From: an uncultured Thermotogaceae bacterium
GTDB taxonomy: Bacteria > Thermotogota > Thermotogae > MWEM01
NCBI GenBank assembly: GCA_964604305.1
Contig: CAZRYM010000004.1
Span: forward strand, 4,553-68,552
Direction of reading: 5' to 3'
Length of the DNA: 64,000 nt
Position numbers and translations under genes: made by a program. Of the stretch, positions 28,618 through 39,403 are shown piece after piece. The notes beneath the pieces were generated by a model. It made no database searches, was not told the DNA's origin, and worked only from the letters and a program-made list of their open reading frames with translations. The stretch's first letter is position 1, and every line of letters begins with the position of its first letter.

Positions 28618-29973
28618 CTATTCGTTTCCGGCAATATCCATTTCGTTGATAAGGACTGACGGAGTATACATACCATGTGACATGACCATTGCCATTTGTT
28701 TATCTGAACCGATTTCTTGGATGTTTTGAAGCATTTTGAGAAGATTTCCTGAGAGTGTGATCTGTTCAACAGGATAGGCCTTTTTGCCATCTTCAATTTT
28801 ATAGCCTTCAGCACTCAGAGAGAATTCTCCTGAGACCGGATTGGCTCCCGAATGCATTCCTTGTACTCCGGTAATGTACAAACCTGATTTCATAATTTCG
28901 AAAAGACCTTCAAGGCTAATATCTCCTTCCTTAAAGTCGATATTAACGGGCAGTATCGATTCGGTGCCCTTATAACTTCCTCTAAAAGCATTTCCGGTAG
29001 GCGCTACACCATCTTTAAAAGCGGTCTTCAGACTATGAAGATAGGTTGTCAATACACCCCCTGAAACAATCTCTTTATCCTTTGTCAGTGAACCTTGAGA
29101 ATCTGCAGGACAGTTAAAAATACTGTCTTTATAAAATCTTCTATCCATGATGGTTATCTTTTCGGAGAAAATCTTCTCACCGAGTTTGTTTTTTAAAAGA
29201 GAAAAGCCCTTTTGAACGTTTTCAGCAGAAATCATTTGAACAAGAAGCCCAAGGATATTTCCAAGAACATTGTAGTTTAAAATAACCGGGTATTTTCCGC
29301 TTTTAATGCTTTTAGCGTCCAACAAACCAACCGATTTGTCTGCAACTGATAAAGCAAGGGCTTCAATATCTATTTGGTTAGGAGTTGTAGTAAAAGTAAA
29401 ATCCATACCGAACTTGTTTTGTTTTCCGTTAGTAGCCATAGCACCAGCATACATACCACCGCCGCCATTTTTATAACCGTATTCTACACCGTTAGAATTA
29501 GCAAAATAGATTTCATTATACATATCCATGTTAAAACAGTATGGAACCATTACAATTCGTTTATCTTTTTCCAGAATCTTTTTTTCCAATAATTGAGTAT
29601 CTTCAATTTTCTGCTTTGGAGAAATTTTATCAAAGGCCATATCGTAGTCTTTCCATATACTTATTTCAGCTCTTGAGGTTCCAATAATTTCCTCATCATC
29701 CGAATCTATCAGTTCCAAATTTTCAAGTGCATCTGTGACAATCCTCTTTGCTTCATCTTCGTTATAGTCCTCCGTATAACTATAACCGGCCTTTCCGTTT
29801 TGAAGGGCTTTAAAACTGGCACCACCATTTTCTGCATCTTTATAGCTTTGAATTTCTCCTTTGTTGATAGAACATTCGAATTCATGTGAGCTGATATGAT
29901 ACAATTCGTAATTTTCTATTCCCTTTTTGTTTGCGTTTTTAAAAACCAATTTCTTGAATTCTTTTATTTTCAT
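28618..29973 (-). CDS. pmbA: TldE/PmbA-family metalloprotease subunit
   Basis: 451 aa. It has TldD/PmbA-family fold blocks and is paired with tldD. Confidence 0.8.
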   Translation of the reverse strand: MKIKEFKKLVFKNANKKGIENYELYHISSHEFECSINKGEIQSYKDAENGGASFKALQNGKAGYSYTEDYNEDEAKRIVTDALENLELIDSDDEEIIGTSRAEISIWKDYDMAFDKISPKQKIEDTQLLEKKILEKDKRIVMVPYCFNMDMYNEIYFANSNGVEYGYKNGGGGMYAGAMATNGKQNKFGMDFTFTTTPNQIDIEALALSVADKSVGLLDAKSIKSGKYPVILNYNVLGNILGLLVQMISAENVQKGFSLLKNKLGEKIFSEKITIMDRRFYKDSIFNCPADSQGSLTKDKEIVSGGVLTTYLHSLKTAFKDGVAPTGNAFRGSYKGTESILPVNIDFKEGDISLEGLFEIMKSGLYITGVQGMHSGANPVSGEFSLSAEGYKIEDGKKAYPVEQITLSGNLLKMLQNIQEIGSDKQMAMVMSHGMYTPSVLINEMDIAGNE

Positions 29974-31355
29974 TAGCTTCTCCCCCCTACTAAAAGTTCA
30001 GAGACCCTAATCGTTGGTTGACCTACATCTGCGGGAATAGAACCTGAAACTGAACCGCACATGCCCTCGTCTCTAGCCAGATCGTTGCCGATCATGTCGA
30101 TTTTTGTAAGTATTTCAAATCCCTTACCGATAAGCGTAGCACCTCTTACCGGTTTTATGACTTTGCCATTTTCCACCAAATAGCCTTCTCTAACGGAAAA
30201 ATTGAACTCTCCTGTTGAGGGATTTACGGAACCGCCTCCCATTTTTTTGGCGTATAGAGCCTTTGATGTATCGGCAATAATCTCTTCGGGTAGGTATTTC
30301 CCTGGCAGAATAAAAGTGTTTGACATTCTTGAAGTGGGAGCATATGTATAATTTTGCCGCCTTCCACTTCCGGTTGAGGGCATGTTCATTCTTATGCCGC
30401 CAAGTTTGTCGATAAGAAAACTCTTGAGAGTGCCATTTTCAATCAGGAGTGTTCTTTGGGTAGGGGTTCCCTCATCATCTATGTTCGCTGATCCCCAAGC
30501 GTTTGGTATTGTGGCATCATCAACAGCGCTTACACAATCATTTGCAATTTTTTGTCCCAATTTGTCTGCAAAAACAGAGGCACCTTTAGCAACTGAAGTA
30601 GCTTCAAGAGCATGACCGCAGGCTTCATGAAAAATGACACCGCCAAATTTATTAGAGATAATAACCGGCATCTTTCCAGCAGGGGAAAATTCAGCATTAA
30701 TCATTTTTGTGGCTATTCTTGCAGCTTCTTTACCTGTTTCTCTTACATCAAAGGTGTTGTAAAATTCAAATCCCATACCGGCCCCTGGTCCAATAAAACC
30801 GGTTTCTTTCTCATTGCCTTTGGTGGCAACAGCGAATATCATCAATCTTGTCCGGATTCTTTCGTCTTCTGTCAGAAGCCCTTCAGAGTTTGCGATCAAT
30901 ATATTTTGACGATAGTCGAAGTAATTTATCCTCACTTCACTGATTTGTTCGGAGTAAGTTGAAGCACCTTCATTTGCCAATTTCATGATTTTGTATTTTT
31001 CGCTTTTCTTTATCTTATCCGGAAAAATTAATACCGGACTGAGATTTTCGAACTTTGTTTTTGTGAGATTGATCTCAATACCTTCTGTTACAGTTGCTTC
31101 TATTGCTTGCGCAATTCTTTTTGAGGCGTTAATAACAGAATCTTCACTCAGATCATTAGTGTAAGCGTAGATTGCCTTTTTTCCGGCTATTCCTCTTAAG
31201 CCTATCCCGTGGATGAGACCTGAATTAACCTTTTCCAATTTTCCGTTATTCATTTCCATGTTATTACTGGTTCTTTTTTCAAGAAAAATTTCCGCAAAAT
31301 CAGCCCCACCTTTCTTAATAACTGCCAAGGCTTTTTCAATTAATTTTCTTTTCAA
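29973..31355 (-). CDS. tldD: TldD-family zinc metalloprotease
   Basis: The HEACGHALE (HExxxH) metal-binding motif of TldD. A 1-nt overlap with pmbA. Confidence 0.85.
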   Translation of the reverse strand: MKRKLIEKALAVIKKGGADFAEIFLEKRTSNNMEMNNGKLEKVNSGLIHGIGLRGIAGKKAIYAYTNDLSEDSVINASKRIAQAIEATVTEGIEINLTKTKFENLSPVLIFPDKIKKSEKYKIMKLANEGASTYSEQISEVRINYFDYRQNILIANSEGLLTEDERIRTRLMIFAVATKGNEKETGFIGPGAGMGFEFYNTFDVRETGKEAARIATKMINAEFSPAGKMPVIISNKFGGVIFHEACGHALEATSVAKGASVFADKLGQKIANDCVSAVDDATIPNAWGSANIDDEGTPTQRTLLIENGTLKSFLIDKLGGIRMNMPSTGSGRRQNYTYAPTSRMSNTFILPGKYLPEEIIADTSKALYAKKMGGGSVNPSTGEFNFSVREGYLVENGKVIKPVRGATLIGKGFEILTKIDMIGNDLARDEGMCGSVSGSIPADVGQPTIRVSELLVGGRS

Positions 31356-32733
31356 TTTTTGAACCCTCCTTTTTTATTTCGCTTACAATCTTTTTGTTGT
31401 AATTTTTGATTAACTCAATTTCTTCTATAGTCAACCCCCCATGCCAGTTAAAACTGAGTATGGTATTATTCAACAATAAAGGGTCAAATCCCTCAGGTAA
31501 ATTGCCATTTTTGAAAACTCTTTGAAAATCACTAGTTCCTGGTATTGGTGTATATTCATTAATTTCCGGTATTATTGAAAGTTCTTTACAGATGTCATGA
31601 ATTTCGATAGTTTCTTTAAAACTCTGTCCCGGAAGATTAATCATGATAAAAGCAGCGATTTCATTTTTTGTGAAACCTGTTTTCTTTAATATTCTTATAG
31701 CGTTGTAAAAATCACTATTTGTTACCTTACCGCCAGTAGAAGCCTGTAGTTCAGGATTTATGGTTTCCAATGCTACTTTAATTGTTTTAACATTAGCTTG
31801 CATCATCAGCTCGGCTGTTTCTTGAGTAAGTAGTTTCGCGTGGATTCCGTTCGGTATATGAATAATTATACCCCGATTTGTTATTCCTCTTTTAATGATT
31901 TGATTTAAAATGATATCAAAATGTCTTTCGTGATTAATCAGTATGGCATCATCGAAAAAGGCAATGTTTTTTACATTAAATATAGAAGAGTACCTGTCAA
32001 TTGCATCAACGATTTTTTCAGGTGTTTCTTGAATAAAATCTTGCAGGAAAGGAGTTGCGCAATAGGTACAATTGTATGGACATCCAAGGGAAGTTAAAAA
32101 GACTAAATGGCTCATTGGATGATTGTACAATTCATAGAGTGGGATTAAATCATTCTGAAGATAATCTGTTCTATTTATCTCTATACCGTTTGCGGATAAG
32201 AATTGGAGAACTTCTGTCATTTTACTCTTTTTGCATATTAAATCAGCCCCTGATCGTTCAGCATGGTCCAGCATGAGATTGCAATAATTACCTCCAAGGA
32301 CTACTTGGGTATTAGGGATTTCTTTTTTTACGATTTTAACAGCTTCAAATGGTCCAGGATACCAGTAAGTCATTGCAGATGTAATAAAAGTAAAGTGGGG
32401 ATAGAATCCGCTTTTTTGCAAGTCTGATAATTTCTTTTTGAAAAGGGGTTTTGGTAAACCATACCTTTTAAAATATCTTGGTACATTAGATAATTGTGAT
32501 GGTTTTACTACTTTTTCGGAATAAAATTTACCTGTGCCGTTCCATTTGCTTTTTAATGGTTTTCCGGTGTAGTCTTTCAGTTCTGGATCATACCTGTCCA
32601 AGCAATCAATCAATTTTAATTCATGCCCGCTTTCATGGAGTTTTCTAGCCAACATAAGCAGTCCTAAAGGTTTTAACCAATAATCAAAGGAAGCCACATC
32701 GTAAATCCATGGATTAATCAGAAGTATCTTCAT
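31336..32733 (-). CDS. B12-binding-domain radical SAM protein
   Basis: The N-terminal Rossmann-like cobalamin-binding region MKILLINPW...KPLGLLMLARKLHESGHELKLID. The CPYNCTYC (CxxxCxxC) radical SAM cluster motif. A 20-nt overlap with tldD. Confidence 0.75.
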   Translation of the reverse strand: MKILLINPWIYDVASFDYWLKPLGLLMLARKLHESGHELKLIDCLDRYDPELKDYTGKPLKSKWNGTGKFYSEKVVKPSQLSNVPRYFKRYGLPKPLFKKKLSDLQKSGFYPHFTFITSAMTYWYPGPFEAVKIVKKEIPNTQVVLGGNYCNLMLDHAERSGADLICKKSKMTEVLQFLSANGIEINRTDYLQNDLIPLYELYNHPMSHLVFLTSLGCPYNCTYCATPFLQDFIQETPEKIVDAIDRYSSIFNVKNIAFFDDAILINHERHFDIILNQIIKRGITNRGIIIHIPNGIHAKLLTQETAELMMQANVKTIKVALETINPELQASTGGKVTNSDFYNAIRILKKTGFTKNEIAAFIMINLPGQSFKETIEIHDICKELSIIPEINEYTPIPGTSDFQRVFKNGNLPEGFDPLLLNNTILSFNWHGGLTIEEIELIKNYNKKIVSEIKKEGSKIEKKIN

Positions 32734-32745
32734 CCCAAACTTCTC

Positions 32746-34140
32746 CTATCCCTTTGAAATAAACGATTTATCCATGGAGAAAAACCCCACAACTGTTGGA
32801 TCAAAGATTAAATTAATGCTTCCAACCGGTCCGTTTCTTTGCTTTCCAATAATGATTTCTGCAGGATGAGGATGGTTAAGCATTTGAATTTCACCAACAT
32901 CATCTTCTTCCTCAAATTTTGCGCGTTTATAATAGGATTCTCTATGAATGAATATGACAGTATCTGCATCTTGTTCTATTGCTCCTGATTCTCTCAAATC
33001 AGATAACCTGGGTCTTTTGTCCTCTCTTTGTTCTACAGATCTTGAAAGTTGAGAAGCAGAGATTACTGCGATATCCATTTCCCTTCCCAGAACTTTAAGA
33101 CTACGGGAAATTTCCGAAATTTCCTGCTGCCTGTTTTCTCTGTTTCTACCGCTATTCATTAGTTGAAGATAATCTATCACAATTGCATCAAGACCATATT
33201 CCTTTTTTATCCTTCTGACTTTTGTTCGGAGTGCTCTTGGATCAAGCATGGAATCATCGTCAATGATGATAGAGGCTTTCATAAACTTGCTAGCTGCGGC
33301 TGTAAGTCTATTCCATTCATCAGCTGATATATCCGCTTTTCTTAATTTTTCAAAATTGACTTTCGATTCGAGACTGAGCAACCTTAGGGCAATTTGCTCT
33401 GAAGACATTTCCAGGCTGAAGATTCCAACCTTATAGCCATATTCAACAGCCATATTTCGTGCTAATTGAAGGGCTAAAGCTGATTTCCCCATTGAAGGTC
33501 TTGCTGCAACGATAACCAAATCAGAACGGTGAAAGCCGGTTGTCATCTCATCAAGTGATTTGAAACCCGTTGCAAGTCCTGTAACGAGAAGGGAGCCTTC
33601 AGGAGAATCATGCCTCACCTTTATTTGATCTAGTTTATCAAAGGCATCATGGACGATCTTGCCAATGGGGGAATAAGATTTCTCGATGTACCTTTCTCCG
33701 ATGCTTAGAATACTTCTCTCTGCCTGATCCAATATATTGTCAACGTCATCCAGCGAGAAGGCACTTTCTACAATCTTGCTTCCGGAATTTATGAGATTTC
33801 GCAATATGGATTTCTCTCTGACTACTTTTGCATAATGGGTTGCATGAGCAGATGTGGGAACACTGTCAGCCAATTGCGCAATGACTAATTCCCCTCCTAC
33901 CTGTTCAAGTTGTTTTTGTTTTCTGAGAAGGTCAGAAACAGTTAGGGGGTCTATTGCTTCTGCATCATCATACAAAATTTCCATACAGTGGTAAATCAAT
34001 TTATGAGAATGACTGTAAAAATCTTCATGTCTGAGTATTTCAAATACATCACCCGCCACTTCCGGATCGAGCAATATGGAACCTAATACTGCTCTTTCCG
34101 CTTCAGGATCATTCGGCGGGATTCTAGTTATTTCTTGCAT
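32746..34140 (-). CDS. dnaB: Replicative DNA helicase
   Basis: Walker A GARPSMGKSA and the DnaB C-terminal RecA-like motifs. 464 aa. Confidence 0.9.
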   Translation of the reverse strand: MQEITRIPPNDPEAERAVLGSILLDPEVAGDVFEILRHEDFYSHSHKLIYHCMEILYDDAEAIDPLTVSDLLRKQKQLEQVGGELVIAQLADSVPTSAHATHYAKVVREKSILRNLINSGSKIVESAFSLDDVDNILDQAERSILSIGERYIEKSYSPIGKIVHDAFDKLDQIKVRHDSPEGSLLVTGLATGFKSLDEMTTGFHRSDLVIVAARPSMGKSALALQLARNMAVEYGYKVGIFSLEMSSEQIALRLLSLESKVNFEKLRKADISADEWNRLTAAASKFMKASIIIDDDSMLDPRALRTKVRRIKKEYGLDAIVIDYLQLMNSGRNRENRQQEISEISRSLKVLGREMDIAVISASQLSRSVEQREDKRPRLSDLRESGAIEQDADTVIFIHRESYYKRAKFEEEDDVGEIQMLNHPHPAEIIIGKQRNGPVGSINLIFDPTVVGFFSMDKSFISKG

Positions 34141-34158
34141 ATAAGATTATTCTTCCTT

Positions 34159-35052
34159 TCAATTCTTAGCTTGGGTCGTTTTTGTTTTGGCGTTTTTTCC
34201 GTATTTTCTTAATATAACAAAGAGGATTGCACCGAAGATTATCAAGATAATGCTGGTAATTTGAGCAGCTCTGAAATCTCCCCAATATAGGCTATCCAGT
34301 CTTAAACCTTCGATAAAAAATCTGGCTATTGAATACAGAATCATATACAAGGCAAGAATTTCTCCGAAGTTTTTTCGTTTGTTTTTATAGAACCAGAATA
34401 AAAACACGAAAACTCCTAGATTCCATAATGATTCGTATAAAAATGTTGGATGAAAAAACTCAAAAGCTTCATATCCAGGCATTCTAAATCTTGGTGGAAC
34501 ATACATTTTCCATGGAAGTTCCGTTGGAGAACCGTATGCTTCGTGATTGCAAAAATTTCCCCATCTGCCAATTGCTTGAGCTAAAGGGAGCATTAATGCT
34601 GCGATATCAAAGCCTTGTAAAAAGGTAAAAGAACATTTTTTTCTGAGCCTGGTGTATATTAAAACCCCAATCATTGCACCAATAACACCACCATGGATGG
34701 CCATGCCACCATGCCATGTCTTAAATATTTCAGCCGGCACCTGTGAATAAATATCCCACCTTGAAAAAACATAGTATAATCTTGCACCAATGATTCCAGT
34801 AATAACTCCTACAATAAGTGCTTCGGCAACATGTTCGTCATCAATCCCCTCTTTTAGTGCAAGTCGTCTTCCCAGTAGATAACAGATGATTATTCCGGTG
34901 GCAATGATAACACCGTACCAATGGATCTCAAAAGGACCAACTGTAAAGATTATCGGATCAATGAATATTTCATTTGCAAAGCTCGCCTTCAGGAAAAAAA
35001 ACATTCCTAAAAAAACGATAATGATTAAAATCCCTAAAACAATCCTTTTCAA
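34159..35052 (-). CDS. lgt: Prolipoprotein diacylglyceryl transferase
   Basis: The Lgt signature blocks HWYGVIIATG, HPTFLYESLWN and GRWGNFCNHE. Confidence 0.9.
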   Translation of the reverse strand: MKRIVLGILIIIVFLGMFFFLKASFANEIFIDPIIFTVGPFEIHWYGVIIATGIIICYLLGRRLALKEGIDDEHVAEALIVGVITGIIGARLYYVFSRWDIYSQVPAEIFKTWHGGMAIHGGVIGAMIGVLIYTRLRKKCSFTFLQGFDIAALMLPLAQAIGRWGNFCNHEAYGSPTELPWKMYVPPRFRMPGYEAFEFFHPTFLYESLWNLGVFVFLFWFYKNKRKNFGEILALYMILYSIARFFIEGLRLDSLYWGDFRAAQITSIILIIFGAILFVILRKYGKNAKTKTTQAKN

Positions 35053-36098
35053 AACACTTCCCCCTTAATCCTTTTTGTTTTTAACTGACCGCAAGCGCCA
35101 GCTATATCCGTTCCTTTTTCATGACGCACATTAATCTCAATACCACCTTTTTCCAACACAGACTTAAATGCTGCAATGTGTTTTATTCCAGGTCTTTCAA
35201 ACTCAGGATTTACCGGATTGACTGGAATTAAATTCAAGTTTACTTTTAACTGCTTTAACGTCTTTAATAAGGAAGTAGCATCTTCCAATGAATCATTCAC
35301 CCCTTTAATCAATACATATTCTATTGTCACCCGTTTACCAGTGAATTCATTGTATTGCTTGATGGTATTAATTAGCTGTTCAAACGGATATTTTTTACTT
35401 ATAGGCATGATTTTTTCTCTCAATTTATTATTGGGAGCATGTAAAGAAACCGAAAGAACCACTTCAGGGAAATCTTCCGCCATTTTCAACATGCCCGGTA
35501 TGATTCCGGCAGTCGAGACAGAAATACGTCTCTTTGATATATCAAAAGCTTCCCTTGAATGAATGATATGAATGGCTTTTTTGAGATTATCATAGTTTAA
35601 AAAAGGTTCTCCCATGCCCATAAAAACAATATTGCCTATTCTTTCACCGTGTTCAAAATTCATTGCAAGTATTTGCCCGATTATTTCAGAAACCTTTAAA
35701 TTTCTTACAAAGCCTCCTTTACCTGTTGCACAGAAACTGCAATTAAGGCTACAGCCAACTTGTGTTGAGATGCAAGCGGTGTTTCTGTCTTTATGAATTA
35801 AAAGTACTGATTCTATTTGCTCACTGTCATTTAAACTCCAGAGATATTTTTTTGTACCATCAACAGATGAGATGAGTTGATGATTTAATTCCGGTAAACC
35901 GACTGTGTACCCATTTAGCAGGATTTTTCTGAAATCTTTTGGTAAATTCAGCATCAGGTTGAAATTAAGCACATGCTTCTTATAAATCCAGTCGAATAGT
36001 TGTTGTGCTCTAAACGGCTTGATATTTTTTTCTGCAAAGTGTTCTTTCAATTCCTTCAGCTCGAATTCAAGGATGTTAATCATATTTTGCATCTCCAT
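35049..36098 (-). CDS. rlmN: 23S rRNA/tRNA (adenine-C2)-methyltransferase RlmN
   Basis: The radical SAM motif CSLNCSFCATG, the block GMGEP and a conserved C-terminal Cys (GACGQL). Confidence 0.85.
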   Translation of the reverse strand: MEMQNMINILEFELKELKEHFAEKNIKPFRAQQLFDWIYKKHVLNFNLMLNLPKDFRKILLNGYTVGLPELNHQLISSVDGTKKYLWSLNDSEQIESVLLIHKDRNTACISTQVGCSLNCSFCATGKGGFVRNLKVSEIIGQILAMNFEHGERIGNIVFMGMGEPFLNYDNLKKAIHIIHSREAFDISKRRISVSTAGIIPGMLKMAEDFPEVVLSVSLHAPNNKLREKIMPISKKYPFEQLINTIKQYNEFTGKRVTIEYVLIKGVNDSLEDATSLLKTLKQLKVNLNLIPVNPVNPEFERPGIKHIAAFKSVLEKGGIEINVRHEKGTDIAGACGQLKTKRIKGEVF

Positions 36099-36672
36099 TT
36101 ATAATAAGTTTATTGTAAGCAACTACGGTTTCTTTTAAAATAAGCTGCTCTTTTTGCAAGGCAAACCTAAATTTTCCCTTTAAAATCAGAAAGAAAGCAG
36201 CATCTAAATCTTCTATGGACAGTTTCCTCAATTCATCAACTCCTGGATAAATTCTGTTTTTTTCCAAAGAATCAGCTATAAAAATTATCTTCCCGATCTT
36301 AGAACCAAAATCATACCCGCTTGTGTGAAATTCCACAGCCTCAGCAATTTCATCCAACCTTGTCAGTGAAGGATATTTTTTTTTAAGATCAAAAGCAGCC
36401 AATCTCCCGTGCAAAAGAATCGGATTATACATTTCTTCCCGAGTTATTGTCAGACAGTTTTTTTTGGCGATGTCAAAAAGCTCATTTCTAGAGTGATTTC
36501 GGTATGCATCGTGGTATAGAGCTGCAATCTTTACCGGCAATTCATCTTCTTCATGCTTTTTGGCTAATAAAATTGAATAATCCAAAACCCCCAAGGTATG
36601 TTTTAGGCGTTTTGGATTAAGGACTTTATTTATTCTTTCTGTTATTTGCTCAACGATCATATCTGATTTCAA
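36076..36672 (-). CDS. yqeK: HD-domain hydrolase YqeK-like (Ap4A hydrolase family)
   Basis: HTLGV...LYHDAYR HD motifs. About 198 aa. Confidence 0.65.
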   Translation of the reverse strand: MKSDMIVEQITERINKVLNPKRLKHTLGVLDYSILLAKKHEEDELPVKIAALYHDAYRNHSRNELFDIAKKNCLTITREEMYNPILLHGRLAAFDLKKKYPSLTRLDEIAEAVEFHTSGYDFGSKIGKIIFIADSLEKNRIYPGVDELRKLSIEDLDAAFFLILKGKFRFALQKEQLILKETVVAYNKLIINGDAKYD

Positions 36673-37922
36673 AGGTTACCTCTGCTTCCATTTCCGGATG
36701 CAGCTTAAGTGGAATTTGAAGCAATGTTGCAATTGGTCTTGAATAAGAGTAAACATCTACTTCAACATCTGAATCCCTGGGTAAAGTGAAATTCAATTGT
36801 ATGGCCTTTTCTTCGGTTGAAAAATTCTTTGCTGTAAATTTATAGGCTTCAAAATAAGTGTTTCCACTCCGGTTGGATTGTATCAATTCAATTTTCCCCT
36901 GTAAATCATAAGCTTTTCCAAATTGAATCTCAAGTAACTGACCTTTACTGGAATTGGAGATGTTGTTTTCACCAAGAAAAATAACCTTATTGCCATCATT
37001 TTTCTGAATCCTGATTTTTCCGGCCATCAATGCCCTTGATAATTCTGGTATTCTAATAGTTTGATCTAAAGGTTCAAAATCCTGATTTCTGTTAGAGTAG
37101 TACGTATTATATGTATAGATTTTTTCATATGATTCCCGACCATTAAGAAAATTGATGTATTCTGCCGTTCCCTTTTCAAAAGAGAATGAACCCGGAATTG
37201 AATATATCTTGTAATCGTTAAAATTTTCCATAGTGGAACCACTGTTTTGCATATCTGCTTCATAACTTAATGTTCTCATTGCCTTGAGGGCGTAATCTGT
37301 CGAGAGGGTGTTTATTTCTCCGGAAAATATATGAAGATTTTTCGTTTCAAAGTCTTTATTCGAGGAATTTCTAATCAAAATTGTTCCAAAAATTTCAGCT
37401 TCTTCCTTTTCATCGTCAAGATTCATGACGTAAAAGGCATTGTAAGAAAGATTTCTAAACATATAGGAGTAATTAAGTTGTTTAAAATAATTAGGAAAGG
37501 AAAGATCAAGATATTGTCTTGATTCTTCTATATTAACCTCCGAAAATACTGCTGTTCCATTTTTTGGTGAAAAAACTCCGTTGTTATCTGATAAAAGAAG
37601 AGGATCATCCAGCAATAATGTGTATTGTTTTATTGTTCCATCCTCGAATCGCCACTTTATATCATTTCCAATTGCTTTTTTCAGTTCATCAGTATAACTG
37701 AAAGAACTGTTTGAAACATGTTTATAAGCAAGAGGAAATGGCTCTGAAGTAAAGGAATCAGTCACCCATGTGTCTGGAACATCTAATTGAAAAGTATCAG
37801 ATTGTACTAGAACCGAATCGCCCTTCATAGCCAATCCGTTTGGGTATAACATAATAAATTCTGTTCCAAAAATCGTTAAGATCAACAGACTCATTATTAA
37901 AAAAAAGACTATTTTTTTCATG
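36650..37922 (-). CDS. Secreted protein of unknown function, possibly DUF4139-like
   Basis: The start is ATG 37922 after AGGAGG, giving the signal peptide MKKIVFFLIMSLLILTIFG. The longer track ORF is an N-terminal extension. Confidence 0.45.
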
Positions 37923-37934
37923 ATTGTTTTCCTC

Positions 37935-38492
37935 CTATTTCCATAATTGTGTTTTACTTGTTGATATTGCCTTTGCTCCACATTTGAATAAGGCTTCGGT
38001 TTCTTCTTTAGTTCCAATCAATCCGGCTGCTATCATATCTTGGGTTTTCAACCCTTTTACTTCTAAATAATCGTAGACTTTAGGAAAAGCACTACCCGGA
38101 AGTATTTCCAAAAACATAGGGTTAATATTTGTAATCATTTCTGTGATTCTTAATAGAGAATTGCTATCAAGGGCGAAACTTCTTAAAACGTTGGGAACTC
38201 CATAACTATTTGCGATTTCTATCATCTTTGGTTTAACAGTGATTATGCCGTCCACACCTTGTAAAGTTGAATATCTAAAAGCATACTCACCATTACCAAG
38301 CCCTTCGCAGAAATCAATATCAAGGAAAACTTTGAATCCCTTTCTTTTGATTTTTTTTATATGATTACTAAGATTTACAAGATCAGAACTTAAAAGAAAG
38401 ACGGTATTTCCAGTATATGAATCTAATTTATCGATCTCTTCCCTTGGGTTCCATATAGCGGCAACTATTCTGGAAATTTCATATGTTTTCAT
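37935..38492 (-). CDS. GlpP-family protein (glycerol-3-phosphate-responsive antiterminator-like)
   Basis: 185 aa. The blocks VFLLSSDL, DGIITVKP, LPGSAFPKV and IAAGLIGTKEE...GAKAISTS...LW match the GlpP family layout. Confidence 0.5.
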   Translation of the reverse strand: MKTYEISRIVAAIWNPREEIDKLDSYTGNTVFLLSSDLVNLSNHIKKIKRKGFKVFLDIDFCEGLGNGEYAFRYSTLQGVDGIITVKPKMIEIANSYGVPNVLRSFALDSNSLLRITEMITNINPMFLEILPGSAFPKVYDYLEVKGLKTQDMIAAGLIGTKEETEALFKCGAKAISTSKTQLWK

Positions 38493-39388
38493 TCTGTAGG
38501 ACTTCTTCGCATAAATGAGATAAATCTTTCTCCCAAATCAGGATCAAATAATTTTCCGTTATCATTTTCAATGATTTCCAAAGCTTCATCCTTACTCATA
38601 ACTCCAATAGAAAATTCTGAATCAACAGTATTAAGGGCATTGTCATACCAATTGACAATCGTAAGAACCCGAACCCAAAAAGGGATTTCTTCGCTTTTGA
38701 GGTTATCTGGAAAACCTTTCCCATCGTATCTTTCATGATGGCTTCTGACATAGGGAACGAAATCATTTAAAACCTCTAAGGTAGATAGATAAACAGAACC
38801 CGTAACCGTATGATCCTGACCTGTTTCTTCGAAATTTCTTAATCGTGTTGGTGAATAAAGCATCAGCTGTTCAACACCAATTCTCCCCACATCGTGAAGC
38901 ATGGCATAATGGATAAAAAGTGACCGTTCATTTGGGTTTGCTCCTAATTCTTTTGCAAATGATGAGAAAAGATTAGCAACCCGTTGCGAATGACTGTATC
39001 CTCTGGCATCTTCAACTTCCATCAAAACAATTAACGGTTCCAAAACGGATATAATCCGTCTTCTCATAGAATAGGGGGAGCAAAAATCAAAATTGGCATT
39101 TAAATTATGTTCTAAAAACCAATTTACCCCTAAAAAAATGTTCTTGTTGTTAATGTTGTCTTCCAAATAAAATTTTCTTTCACCGTCAATATAACCGAAC
39201 AATCCCTTTCCATCCAATATTTGAAGGTGTGTTCCCTTTTTGATCACTTCGCTATGGTCGCTAATGATGGCGTTTATGGGATAAGGTATATATTCTAAAT
39301 ATACATCAAGCAGTTCTTCAACTATTTTTCTGTAAATATCATTATCGATTTTTAAAAATTTGTGAAAATGAGCCTTTTCATTTTTCAT
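38489..39388 (-). CDS. HD-GYP domain phosphodiesterase
   Basis: HD (HSQRV...LHDVG) and the HHERYDGKGFP (HHExxDGxGYP-type) motif. Confidence 0.7.
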   Translation of the reverse strand: MKNEKAHFHKFLKIDNDIYRKIVEELLDVYLEYIPYPINAIISDHSEVIKKGTHLQILDGKGLFGYIDGERKFYLEDNINNKNIFLGVNWFLEHNLNANFDFCSPYSMRRRIISVLEPLIVLMEVEDARGYSHSQRVANLFSSFAKELGANPNERSLFIHYAMLHDVGRIGVEQLMLYSPTRLRNFEETGQDHTVTGSVYLSTLEVLNDFVPYVRSHHERYDGKGFPDNLKSEEIPFWVRVLTIVNWYDNALNTVDSEFSIGVMSKDEALEIIENDNGKLFDPDLGERFISFMRRSPTE

Positions 39389-39403
39389 AAAACCCCTCCA
39401 ACT

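Noticed and set aside
28017-28814. A 265-aa version of the coaE ORF that overlaps pmbA by about 200 nt
   Set aside because: The conserved dephospho-CoA kinase sequence begins at the internal Met (MTPDRISVGITGLIGSGKT), 2 nt after the pmbA stop. The upstream extension has no kinase similarity and is an ORF-caller artefact
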